From an uncultured virus (IMG/VR IMGVR_UViG_3300002138_000037) (lineage: Duplodnaviria > Heunggongvirae > Uroviricota > Caudoviricetes): 64,000 nt of DNA. How positions within the stretch are numbered: position 1 is the stretch's first letter; each line of letters starts with the position of its first letter. A program made the translations under genes and the position numbers. The notes beneath the pieces are model-generated. The model was not told the origin of the DNA, ran no database searches, and saw nothing but the letters and a program-made list of their open reading frames with translations. Below are positions 48,601 through 58,134 of this stretch, in pieces. The stretch lies in IMG/VR virus record IMGVR_UViG_3300002138_000037, positions 1 through 64,000 of that record, one strand, 5' to 3'.

Positions 48601-49083
48601 ATGATACAATTGAAAAAACTTTTGGAAGGCATGAATATTGACGGAAATCCGGTCAAACCAACAGCACCAGTGGCTCCACAATCGTCACAAGGTAAAGAGG
48701 ATAAAACTCCTAAAATGTCAGTGGATGAAAAAAAGAAACTGGTAACAATGGTTGCTCGTTACAATGAATATGGTAAATCTGTATATCGTGAAACGAAAAT
48801 TACCGAAGTTGCTAAAAATTTACAAGAAATTGCCGATTTGTCTGAAGCATATGCTATCAACGAATGTGGTGATTGGTTTGAAGAAAACACTGTAAAGAGA
48901 CATTATCAAGAAATAAAAAAATACTCAGAACAATTTGGTAAATTAGCTAAAGAAGTTCAAATTCGAGAACAACAATTAGAGGCTTTATATGAGGATATTG
49001 GTAAAAAACTCGAAATGTATTTTGATATTGATGATCCACAAAATAATCAACAATCTGGCCAACCTCAATCGCCAACTAAATAA
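48601..49083 (+). CDS. head-region helical protein
   Basis: MIQLKKLLE start after TATTTAT at 48588. Confidence 0.75.
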   Translation: MIQLKKLLEGMNIDGNPVKPTAPVAPQSSQGKEDKTPKMSVDEKKKLVTMVARYNEYGKSVYRETKITEVAKNLQEIADLSEAYAINECGDWFEENTVKRHYQEIKKYSEQFGKLAKEVQIREQQLEALYEDIGKKLEMYFDIDDPQNNQQSGQPQSPTK

Positions 49084-49214
49084 AATTTAACGTTTTTGTA
49101 TTTTTAATTATATTTATACAACGAATACAATATTATTCATATATTGTTCCGAATTTTACACACTTCATTGAAGTTCTATAATAACTTCACAAAAATAACC
49201 AAAAGTTAAAACAT

Positions 49215-50264
49215 ATGAGTTCAGAATTATTTAAAGAAGCTATCGCTGATGCAAAAGCAGTTCGTGCAAGCGCACTCGCAAATGCTAAAGCGTCCCTCGA
49301 AGAAGCTTTCGCTCCAAGAATGGCCCGTTTGATGGCTGAAAAATTAAAAGAAGAGTTGGGTGAAGAAGAAGGAACTGATGAAGAAGAAGGAACTGAGATT
49401 CCTCTCGCGCCTGATCCTGTCGCTGCCGAAGGTGAAGAAATCACCTCAGAAGACATTGATGCAATTTTGGCAGAGTTGAATAAAGATATTAACGAAGAAG
49501 ACGTTCCACCAGCATCTGATGCTCCGGTTGATGCTTCCGTTCCAGCTCCTGCTGCTCCAGTTCCACCAGTCCCAGGCGCACCAATTGACCCAGCTACCGT
49601 TCAAACAGTTGCTGCTCCAGTTATGGTTGTCGCACCGGATCAATTACCAGGCGCACAAGGTGCTCCAGTTCCTCCACCATCTGCTCCTCCAACGGATGTC
49701 CCACCACCAGTTGATGCAGACCTCAACTTGGAAGCAATGATTGCTAGTTTGAATGAAGAAGAGGAAGAAAAGAAAGACGATGACGATGAAGAAATCGACT
49801 TAAACGAATTACTCTCAAGTTTGTCTGAAAATTCCGATGAGAAGGAAGAAAAAGACGAAGAAAAAGAAAAAGAACTTGAAGAAACCAAAAAACAATTTGC
49901 CGAGGCTTGCGAGACTATTGAATTCTTACGCAGCCAACTCAACGAAGTGAACCTATTGAATGCAAAACTGCTTTATACGAACAAATTGTTCAAAGCACAC
50001 GCATTTGATAACTCACAAAAAATGAAGATTATTGAAGCGTTCGACTTAACTAAGTCCGTTCGTGAAGTTAAATTGACCTACAATAATTTGTCAGAAGCAT
50101 TTAATCTTAGCAAAGTGAAGAAGGCCCCAAGCCAAAAGACCACGATTGCTGAAGGCTTCGCATCACAATCAACTGGAACAACCAAGCCTGCCGAGAAAAT
50201 CGTCAGTGCTCCGATTAACGAAACGGTTTCAAGATTCCAAAAACTCGCTGGTATCAAGAAGTAA
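49215..50264 (+). CDS. capsid scaffold protein
   Basis: Acidic/Pro-rich coiled coil, LNEVNLLNAKLLY, C-terminal RFQKLAGIK, directly before major capsid. Confidence 0.85.
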   Translation: MSSELFKEAIADAKAVRASALANAKASLEEAFAPRMARLMAEKLKEELGEEEGTDEEEGTEIPLAPDPVAAEGEEITSEDIDAILAELNKDINEEDVPPASDAPVDASVPAPAAPVPPVPGAPIDPATVQTVAAPVMVVAPDQLPGAQGAPVPPPSAPPTDVPPPVDADLNLEAMIASLNEEEEEKKDDDDEEIDLNELLSSLSENSDEKEEKDEEKEKELEETKKQFAEACETIEFLRSQLNEVNLLNAKLLYTNKLFKAHAFDNSQKMKIIEAFDLTKSVREVKLTYNNLSEAFNLSKVKKAPSQKTTIAEGFASQSTGTTKPAEKIVSAPINETVSRFQKLAGIKK

Positions 50265-50305
50265 ATTTAAAAAGCGTAAATGTTAGTTTAACAAATACAA
50301 ATACT

Positions 50306-51985
50306 ATGAATGAAATTAAAGAATTGTTGACAAGCAACGTTAGTCCAATGAATCGTTTATTGGAAGAAACACGTGGTTTGCAAGGCAAATGGGAAAAAAC
50401 CGGTTTGCTCGAAGGTTTGAAAGGTGTCGAGAAGGCACAAATGTCTGTTTTGCTTGAAAACCAAGCACAACAATTGATCAAGGAAGCTACCTCAACGGGT
50501 ACTTCTACCAACAGTGAACAATGGGCAGGGGTTGCTCTTCCATTGGTTCGCCGTGTGTTCGCAGAAATCGCAGCAAAGGAATTCGTCTCGGTTCAACCAA
50601 TGAATCTCCCAAGCGGTTTGATTTTCTATCTCGACTTCAAATACGGTAATACCCGTGGGGGGCACACCGCAGGTGATTCGTTGTTCGGTGGTACGTTGAA
50701 GAAGCTCGGTTCTACCGATAGCGCTACCAACGGTCTATACGGTGCTGGTCGTTTCGGTTATACCATTAACCCAACGTCTTCCGTCGTTACCGCAGCATCC
50801 TCATCCTTGGCTGTCGATTTAACCGCATGGTCCGCAGTGAACTATGATGCCGACTATTCTGCAAGTGCAGTTGCCGGTGATTACCAAAAGATTACGTGGA
50901 ACCTCGGTTCTAACGCAGCTCGTTGGGATACAACCGCAGTAAGAAGTTTCACCTTCTTCTCCGCATCCGTTGACTTGAACGTGTTGGGTCAATTCACGAA
51001 GGTATATAACACTGGTTCCGCAGCTTCTCCATACTATGTAGTTGAAGCAGTTGTAACGTCATCCTTGGACTTGGCTGGTTCGGTAGTCGGTGTCTCTGGT
51101 AGCTTACAACCAAGTGATGCAACCCGTGGTGACTTCGAAGACAAATATCCGTTTAGCGGAAGTGGTGCTAACTCTGGTATTAACGCAGGTGTTGACATTG
51201 GTATTCCAGAAGTCAACTTGGAACTCAAGAGCGAACCAATCGTGGCTAAGACCCGTAAGTTGAAAGCAGTCTGGACTCCAGAACTCGCACAAGACTTGAA
51301 CGCTTACCACAGCATTGACGCAGAAGCAGAATTGACTGCTCTCTTGAGTGAATATGTCTCGATGGAAATCGACCTCGAAATCCTCGACATGTTATTGACC
51401 TCCGCTCCCGGTGCCACCACCGAAGCATGGTCTGCTAAGATTGGTACGGAATTCACCAGAACGCTTGACGCAAGTGGTAACGCTTCGTTCACCCGTATCG
51501 AAGATTCCGCAGCAAACAGAACCGCGTATGTCAAATCCACATGGTTCCAAACGCTCGGTAACAAGATCCAAAAGGTATCTAACAAGATTCACCAATTGAC
51601 TCTCCGTGGTGGTGCTAACTTCGTGGTCGTAAGTCCCGATGTTGCTACTGTCTTGGAATGTATCCCTGGCTTCATGGTCAACACTGACGGTGATAGTGCT
51701 AAATTCGCGATGGGTGTAAGTAAGGTCGGTAGCTTCGCTAACCGTTTCCAAGTTTACAAGAACCCATACATGGTTGAAAACCAAATCTTGGTTGGTTTCC
51801 GTGGAAATAACTTCCTCGAAACCGGTGCTGTTTACAGCCCATACATCCCATTGGTTCAAACTCCATTGGTTTACGATCCAGTGAACTTCACGCCTCGTCG
51901 TGGTGTCATGACTCGTTATGCTAAGAAGGTAGTTCGCCCAGAATTTTATGGCCGAATCTTGATTGCCGACTTGAACTACGTGTAA
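50306..51985 (+). CDS. gp23: major capsid protein
   Basis: LLENQ, VQPMNLPSGLIF, AKTRKLKAVWTPELAQDL, YSPYIPL, GVMTRY. Confidence 0.97.
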   Translation: MNEIKELLTSNVSPMNRLLEETRGLQGKWEKTGLLEGLKGVEKAQMSVLLENQAQQLIKEATSTGTSTNSEQWAGVALPLVRRVFAEIAAKEFVSVQPMNLPSGLIFYLDFKYGNTRGGHTAGDSLFGGTLKKLGSTDSATNGLYGAGRFGYTINPTSSVVTAASSSLAVDLTAWSAVNYDADYSASAVAGDYQKITWNLGSNAARWDTTAVRSFTFFSASVDLNVLGQFTKVYNTGSAASPYYVVEAVVTSSLDLAGSVVGVSGSLQPSDATRGDFEDKYPFSGSGANSGINAGVDIGIPEVNLELKSEPIVAKTRKLKAVWTPELAQDLNAYHSIDAEAELTALLSEYVSMEIDLEILDMLLTSAPGATTEAWSAKIGTEFTRTLDASGNASFTRIEDSAANRTAYVKSTWFQTLGNKIQKVSNKIHQLTLRGGANFVVVSPDVATVLECIPGFMVNTDGDSAKFAMGVSKVGSFANRFQVYKNPYMVENQILVGFRGNNFLETGAVYSPYIPLVQTPLVYDPVNFTPRRGVMTRYAKKVVRPEFYGRILIADLNYV

Positions 51986-52009
51986 TCAATAACGAATAAT
52001 TAAATACAG

Positions 52010-52037
52010 AGAGCCTCCTTTTTGGAGGCTCTTTTTT
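52010..52037 (+). terminator. intrinsic terminator
   Basis: AGAGCCTCC-TTTTT-GGAGGCTCT plus T-run. Confidence 0.9.
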
Positions 52038-52082
52038 GTTTAAATTTTAACCTTTCCATAGAACTCTTGATATTTATGGTCA

Positions 52083-52835
52083 ATGATTAGTGGTATTTAT
52101 AAAATAACAAATGTTGAAACCCACCGTTTTTATATAGGGTCATCTAAAAACATTGATGGTCGGTGGGTGGAACACCGTCGAAATCTTAATGATGGTTGTC
52201 ATGTAAATCAAAAATTACAAAATGCGTGGAATTTATATGGGGAGGGTAAATTCCGGTTTGATGTAATAGAACTGGTGGATTTGGGTCAGTTGATTATTAG
52301 AGAACAATTTTACTTGGATACATTTAAACCATATTTAAGAGACGTGGGATATAACATTTGTTCCACCGCAAGTGGTGGAGACAACATCACTAACAATCCA
52401 AATAAAGAACAGTTTATTGAGAAAATGAAAACCATTTGTTCAGGTGAAAATAATCCGATGTTTGGAAAACGTCACTCAAATGATTCTATTTCTATCCAAA
52501 AAAGAAAAGCCAAGGGACGATTTACACGTAATTGGTTTATTGAAAAATATGGAAGTGAAGGTCCGCAAAAGTATCAAGAAAGAATTGAGAAGTTGAGAAA
52601 TCGAAAAATAAATTACGTATATTCCAATAATCTATCCGGTAGAGTGGTTGGTAAAATGACCGACGAATGTAAATTACGTATAAAAGAAAGTAAATCTAGG
52701 ATGAAAACAATTAAACCACTTTTATATCAGGATATAAAAGATGGGTTACTGACCGTTGTTGAATTGTCTACTAAATATAATCTTGGAATGACGACGGTAA
52801 AATACCACAAACGAAAAATAAAAAATATCCAATGA
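52083..52835 (+). CDS. GIY-YIG homing endonuclease (Seg-like) with NUMOD3
   Basis: SGIYKI..FYIGSS..R..H, REQFYLD, GYN, NPMFGKRHS. Confidence 0.92.
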   Translation: MISGIYKITNVETHRFYIGSSKNIDGRWVEHRRNLNDGCHVNQKLQNAWNLYGEGKFRFDVIELVDLGQLIIREQFYLDTFKPYLRDVGYNICSTASGGDNITNNPNKEQFIEKMKTICSGENNPMFGKRHSNDSISIQKRKAKGRFTRNWFIEKYGSEGPQKYQERIEKLRNRKINYVYSNNLSGRVVGKMTDECKLRIKESKSRMKTIKPLLYQDIKDGLLTVVELSTKYNLGMTTVKYHKRKIKNIQ

Positions 52836-52861
52836 TAGGTTCGACATATATATGATAAGTT

Positions 52862-53443
52862 ATGAACATTTTTAACGATACCAAATACAAAGAATATCTC
52901 GCAAATAAAACGAAAGAGGCTCAGCGGGATAGAACAAACCTCGGTTATTCGGCACAAGAGTATAATAAGAAATACGACACTGAGATTGAGACGGGAACGG
53001 AAAAGAAGAGATTGTTGTTGGAAGAGGGTAAACGTAAAGGGTTGAAACCGGAAGAAATTTGTACAGCTGTCTTTATTCCTACCAGAGAGACGCCTATTCT
53101 TAACTTCCTCTACTTTATGTTACGTGATGACCCACAAGGTAGTCAGTCGTTATTAGAGGTGTTACGAGAAGATAAAGATTTAGGTAAAGACGTTCGTATC
53201 TTGGAAGAACAATATAATAAAGAGACGGGTCATTTACAACACAATGAATATGAATCGAAACAACCTAATATGGGTATGTATCTCTATGGTGATGTAACTC
53301 TCGAAATGTTCGATAAAATCAAAAAATTGAAAGCGTTGAGTAAGAGTCCAAATACACAAGAAGCATTCTCAGCATATACTAAATGTAATGAATTGTGTAA
53401 GAAACATGGTTTGGAATTTGATAAAATTCGATGTGATGTTTAA
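52862..53443 (+). CDS. hypothetical protein with C-terminal DUF2786-like helical motif
   Basis: KIKKLKALSKSPNTQEAFSAYTKCNELCKKHG. Confidence 0.65.
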   Translation: MNIFNDTKYKEYLANKTKEAQRDRTNLGYSAQEYNKKYDTEIETGTEKKRLLLEEGKRKGLKPEEICTAVFIPTRETPILNFLYFMLRDDPQGSQSLLEVLREDKDLGKDVRILEEQYNKETGHLQHNEYESKQPNMGMYLYGDVTLEMFDKIKKLKALSKSPNTQEAFSAYTKCNELCKKHGLEFDKIRCDV

Positions 53444-53446
53444 ATA

Positions 53447-53788
53447 TTACAAACTCAATGATTTTGTATTATCATAAATCATTCTAACTAATTTTATAAA
53501 ATCGTCTATGTGATATTTATTTTTTATAAAATTACACTCGATACAACAAGAGACACAATTTTCTATCGTATATCCTTTAAAATTATCTTTTCTATCTATA
53601 CCATTACAAATATAATGACCGTAACAATTTTTTTTCTGTATGGTTCTATACGGCATTCTTCCACAATAAAAACACTTTGATGAAAACATGTTTTCCATTT
53701 CTTCATTTGTCAAATTAAATGGAATATCTTTCTTAGTAGCGTTATTTCTATAGTTTCCGAACAAACCATTTTTTGTTGATTCTCCAAA
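53447..53788 (-). pseudogene. HNH-type endonuclease domain lacking a clear start
   Basis: GESTKNGLFGNY, CFYCG, NGIDRKDN..GY...NCVSCC..CN..K; in-frame TGA immediately upstream. Confidence 0.65.
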
Positions 53789-53937
53789 TCATTCAAATCT
53801 TGTAAAAAATTATGACATGGTAAAAAGTAAAAGCCATTTTCTTCTATCTCTTCCGGTGTCCATAACGTAGTTGGTTTAAAATAACCACCTGCGTTATAAT
53901 GATGACTTAATTTCGAAGCCATATGAGATGTTTTCAT
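53710..53937 (-). CDS. small hypothetical protein coupled to guaC stop
   Basis: ATGA overlap; its 3' end overlaps the HNH frame. Confidence 0.45.
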   Translation of the reverse strand: MKTSHMASKLSHHYNAGGYFKPTTLWTPEEIEENGFYFLPCHNFLQDLNDLENQQKMVCSETIEITLLRKIFHLI

Positions 53938-54926
53938 CTTCTATCTCCCGGTGGTAGACTGTTTTCCTTGATTTCAAATACACCATTTCCAATGAAATCA
54001 CTCAATGTCAAATGACCGGAATAGCTAACAATACTTGATAATCCACCCCAAAGTCCTGTTTCTCCGAACATCAAATCCTTTAATGGAATCTTGGTGCCAT
54101 CGACAGTGTAAACCTTACCTTCACTATGTCTAATTCGACCAGTGTTGTATCTTTCCTGTTGTTTGTGACTCGCACCACCCCAAAAAGTTCCATCTTTACT
54201 GACGTTAGTTTGTGCCTCTAATGCCTTTCCGAAAAATCCACCCAACATAACAAAATCTGCTCCTGCACCGAATGCTTTTGCCGCATAATTACCATTTTTA
54301 ATACCACCATCAGCGACAATGTAGAAGTTTTCATACAAATCAGCTTCTTCTGCACACTCCATAATTTCAGTGATATTTCCTCTATTTACACCAGTTGCAT
54401 CACTCGTTGAACATGCACTTCCACCCGCGATACCGACACGAAAAAGGATGTTAAAACCACAATTATCGAACTCTTTATACATTCGGATTCCATCTGCAGA
54501 ATGAATATTTCCCAACATCAAGTTGGAAACATTGGCTCTGGTACGAAGTTCATATATGACGTTTTTGATTTTGTGTAAATACCCATTTGCACAATCAATT
54601 AACCAATTAGTTGTTGTATCCTTGAACTTTTCAACTCTATCCCAATCATCCAATCCAATACTGACATAGACATTGGAACCATTGGTTTTACGGAATGTTT
54701 CAAGTTGAATTTCGGGAGTGCAGAATCTATGAATACACACCGTCAGACCCAAATCCGACGCAGCTTTTGCGAAATCTGGACCAACTACCGCATCCATTGG
54801 AGATACGATAATTCTATGTAGTTCTTTTGGAACCAAATCACGACTTGTGAAATTTGGATTAGCCGGTTGTGCAATCAAATTTATGTCGTTATAATAAATT
54901 GATTTTGTTTTGAGTATTTTGGCCAT
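53934..54926 (-). CDS. guaC: GMP reductase / IMPDH-family enzyme
   Basis: SPMDAV, HRF, IDCANG, GIAGGSACST, ADGGI, MLGG, SEG; no CBS domain. Confidence 0.82.
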   Translation of the reverse strand: MAKILKTKSIYYNDINLIAQPANPNFTSRDLVPKELHRIIVSPMDAVVGPDFAKAASDLGLTVCIHRFCTPEIQLETFRKTNGSNVYVSIGLDDWDRVEKFKDTTTNWLIDCANGYLHKIKNVIYELRTRANVSNLMLGNIHSADGIRMYKEFDNCGFNILFRVGIAGGSACSTSDATGVNRGNITEIMECAEEADLYENFYIVADGGIKNGNYAAKAFGAGADFVMLGGFFGKALEAQTNVSKDGTFWGGASHKQQERYNTGRIRHSEGKVYTVDGTKIPLKDLMFGETGLWGGLSSIVSYSGHLTLSDFIGNGVFEIKENSLPPGDRR

Positions 54927-54927
54927 A

Positions 54928-55401
54928 TTATTTAGTGTATTCACAAATGTAAACCTCAAACGGCGCATCATCGAAGATGGAATGAATCATTGCGTTGACT
55001 ACATTCCAATCACCACCAGCTAATGCACAACCCATGTTCTTAGGTAGCCCGATAGATTTTATTGGTTTACCCACACAGTCTTTTCTCATTCCCTCCATAG
55101 CCGTGTAAATCGACTCATAGTTCAATTTTCGACTATCCTTACCGTAGTAGTATTGACCATACAAATTGTAGACAAACTTGATTTTGGTTTCAATGTTTGG
55201 TTTGGTGATTGTGGCCACGGAGAACTTACCAAACTTGGTTTTGTCACCAGATTGGGTCTTTAAATCCTCCTGATAAGCCTCTGGCAACTGCAGTTTTATT
55301 TGTTTCGCAATGCCACTTCCCATGGTGCAGAAACAATTGGTACAATGTCCAATTGCATCTACCTCATACGTTAATAAGTCAATCTTAACTTCTGTTATCA
55401 T
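54928..55401 (-). CDS. macrodomain protein (ADP-ribose processing)
   Basis: HCTNC..TMGSGIAKQI, NLYGQ, PKNMGCALAGGDW; leaderless promoter TTGATG(55435)-16 bp-TATGAT-6 nt-ATG. Confidence 0.9.
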   Translation of the reverse strand: MITEVKIDLLTYEVDAIGHCTNCFCTMGSGIAKQIKLQLPEAYQEDLKTQSGDKTKFGKFSVATITKPNIETKIKFVYNLYGQYYYGKDSRKLNYESIYTAMEGMRKDCVGKPIKSIGLPKNMGCALAGGDWNVVNAMIHSIFDDAPFEVYICEYTK

Positions 55402-55466
55402 GTCAATATCATAGACTATTCTTAAAAAACATCAACATTTTATATTGCTGACTGATATTTATGGGG

Positions 55467-56657
55467 ATGATAAAGTTACGTGATATTTTGACCGACCCGT
55501 TATTTGAGAATCTACATTCTGTGGATGGGGTTTCTAATGATTTGAAATATTCAGATAATCATAAAATCAATTTGAGTGAAATAGATTGGAAATCATCTGA
55601 CTTGGAAGATGTAAAAGTTCAAAGTTGTATGTCCAATGACCAAGTAGTAACTTGGTTGAATAACGAATTGAAACGATACACCGATGGTGGTAAAGCAGCT
55701 GCAAATATGCCTAGAGTTTCGAGGGGTAATATATTGATAAAAGATACGGCTATAGATATTGATGGATTTATCAAATTATTGACTACCCCACCAAAAACAA
55801 TCTTCGACGAGGGTATGAAATCATTGCATACAACAAACGCAGATGTGTTGGTTATTAATACTGGTATTCCCGCTATGAGAGGGTTTGTTTACGATAAAGA
55901 AGACATTAATACCCCATTTAAAGTTGTCAATACCTGTCCCGCAGCTGGAGTTTGTTCTGTCGATTGTTACGCATTACAGGGATTTTACATCATGAACGAT
56001 GGGAAAAATATAAAATTAGCCCAAAGATTACAGTTGATAATGGAAAATCCAGAAATGTATCTAAAAATTGGCTATTCGGAGGCAGAACTATATGCATTCA
56101 AAGCTAATCGTGATGGAAAGACTTTAGAAATTCGGTGGAATGATGCGGGAGATTTCTTTTCACAAAGATATTTTAATTTAGCAACCGTCATTACAAAAAA
56201 GTTACTAGAGAATAATTACAAAATAAAGTCCTATTTTTATACAAAAGTGTCTGGTCGTGTTGATATAGGAGAAAAATTGGGATTCACAGTAACTTTCTCC
56301 CAAGGTGGAGTGGAATCAAATCCAACGGCTTCAAAACAATCAATCATCATTCCAACTTCCATGTTTTCGGATATTTTGAAAAAAACAAAAGGTCGAGGAT
56401 ATGAAAAAGATTTAAAAACTGGAAAAACTTCATTTATAGACGCAGAGGTTGGTAAAGTGGAATTGAAACGAAGGATTTTTGAGAAATATAAAGACCAATT
56501 ACCGGGATTGACTTTGGAATCTATTATGTACACCGACGAGTTGCCTCCTAACGAAGAATCTCCGGGTAAATTTTCCGCTATTATATTACCAAGTGGTGAT
56601 AGTGATAGACCAGCTCAACGAAAAGATGTAAGATACATATTCTTACTAAAACATTAA
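55467..56657 (+). CDS. Gp88-like Fe-S/radical-SAM-like protein
   Basis: TCPAAGVCSVDCYA (Cx5Cx3C), IRWNDAGDF, YFYTK. Confidence 0.75.
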   Translation: MIKLRDILTDPLFENLHSVDGVSNDLKYSDNHKINLSEIDWKSSDLEDVKVQSCMSNDQVVTWLNNELKRYTDGGKAAANMPRVSRGNILIKDTAIDIDGFIKLLTTPPKTIFDEGMKSLHTTNADVLVINTGIPAMRGFVYDKEDINTPFKVVNTCPAAGVCSVDCYALQGFYIMNDGKNIKLAQRLQLIMENPEMYLKIGYSEAELYAFKANRDGKTLEIRWNDAGDFFSQRYFNLATVITKKLLENNYKIKSYFYTKVSGRVDIGEKLGFTVTFSQGGVESNPTASKQSIIIPTSMFSDILKKTKGRGYEKDLKTGKTSFIDAEVGKVELKRRIFEKYKDQLPGLTLESIMYTDELPPNEESPGKFSAIILPSGDSDRPAQRKDVRYIFLLKH

Positions 56658-56659
56658 TT

Positions 56660-56872
56660 ATGAAAAAAGAAGAGTTAAAAAAATTGATAAAAGAACAATT
56701 GCTGGAATCCGATGGTGTTTCAACGGTAACACTATCGTCAAATACAAGCAAAGCAGTTATAATTAAAGGTGATGCTTCAAACGAAGGATATATGGTTACT
56801 AATTTATCACCGAATGACATCACCGTTGAAATCAAACGTGTAAGTGTTGGTACGTTTATAACAATCAAGTAA
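56660..56872 (+). CDS. small hypothetical protein
   Basis: MKKEELKKLIKEQLLE N-terminus. Confidence 0.7.
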   Translation: MKKEELKKLIKEQLLESDGVSTVTLSSNTSKAVIIKGDASNEGYMVTNLSPNDITVEIKRVSVGTFITIK

Positions 56873-56928
56873 ATTAAAATTCCAAGTATAGAACGTTTAT
56901 TTAGTATTTTTTACTATTTATAGGTTAT

Positions 56929-58134
56929 ATGTCTATTGGAATTGATCAAGATAGAGTTCGTTGGCCCGGAAGTGGTTCCGCCGTATCAGGTTCCACGCCT
57001 TATGGGTTTTTTGATACCGACGCTTACTTCGTATCCGACTGTGCTAATTCCGCAAAGTGGGCCGCAATTCGATTAGGTTACCCAATCGTTGATATAGAAT
57101 TGATTGATATCAATTTTTATGCAGCATTTGAAGAAGCGGTTGCAGAATATGGAGCCCAAGTCAATCAATTTAACATCAAAAACAACTACCTTAATTTAAT
57201 AGGTCAGTCACGAAGTAGTGAAGTTGGTGGTAAAGTTGTGATTCCAGATGGTTTAAATTATGTTGTCGGATTAGCCGGTGCATATGGTAGCGAAGCTTTG
57301 GTTGGTGGTAAAACTGATTTGAAAAAAGGTTATATCGCTACCACAGTAGGAGAACAAAATTATGATTTACAAAGTTTGTGGGGAGATGTATCAGAAAGTT
57401 TTGGTCGTATCGAAATACGTAAAATTTATCACGCACCACCTCCAGCTTTTGCCCGTATTTATGACCCATTTAGTATGACGGGTATGAGTTACAGCAATGT
57501 TCTCAATGAAATGGGATTTGCTGGTTATTCACCCGCTACGCAATTTTTGATGACTCCAATATTCGAAGATTTGCTTCGAGGACAGGCAATTGAATTCAAT
57601 GATATGGTTCGTAAAAGTGGTTATAGTTTTGAATTGGTAAACAATAAACTACGTGTATTTCCAATTCCAACTAGTGAATTCAATCTTTACTTTGAATACT
57701 ACGTTGAATCGGAAAAATTAGCCGCATCATTTGGTTCTGGTTCGGCATACGAGAAGTCATCGGATTATTCGAATATTCCGTATCAAAATATTCCATATTA
57801 CACAATCAATTCAGTTGGTAAACAGTGGATTAAAAAATATTTCTTAACCTTGTGTAAGGAATTGTTAGGAGCAGTTCGTCAGAAGTATGCAACGGTTGTT
57901 ATTCCGGGTGGGGAAACGACTTTGGATGGAGCAGAATTAAAAAGCGAAGCCGCAACAGAACGAGAACTTTTGATAGAACAACTACGTGAAATGTTAGAAT
58001 CTATGACGTCGGATAAACAATTGGAAGCTAGTGCAAACAAGTCGGAAAAAACAATGACAGTATTGAAAACTGTTCCGTCTTTAATCTATATAGGTGTTTG
58101 GATGTTTGGATTACTATTTATAGGATGTGGATAA
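56929..58134 (+). CDS. neck/head-completion protein (gp13-like)
   Basis: RLGYPIVDIEL, WIKKY..LCKE.LG.VR.KY, IPGG..TLDG..L..EA, IYIG. Confidence 0.8.
   Translation: MSIGIDQDRVRWPGSGSAVSGSTPYGFFDTDAYFVSDCANSAKWAAIRLGYPIVDIELIDINFYAAFEEAVAEYGAQVNQFNIKNNYLNLIGQSRSSEVGGKVVIPDGLNYVVGLAGAYGSEALVGGKTDLKKGYIATTVGEQNYDLQSLWGDVSESFGRIEIRKIYHAPPPAFARIYDPFSMTGMSYSNVLNEMGFAGYSPATQFLMTPIFEDLLRGQAIEFNDMVRKSGYSFELVNNKLRVFPIPTSEFNLYFEYYVESEKLAASFGSGSAYEKSSDYSNIPYQNIPYYTINSVGKQWIKKYFLTLCKELLGAVRQKYATVVIPGGETTLDGAELKSEAATERELLIEQLREMLESMTSDKQLEASANKSEKTMTVLKTVPSLIYIGVWMFGLLFIGCG

Noticed and set aside
44790..51859. Long antisense ORFs within portal, scaffold and capsid genes
   Set aside because: Shadow frames expected from codon bias of the sense genes
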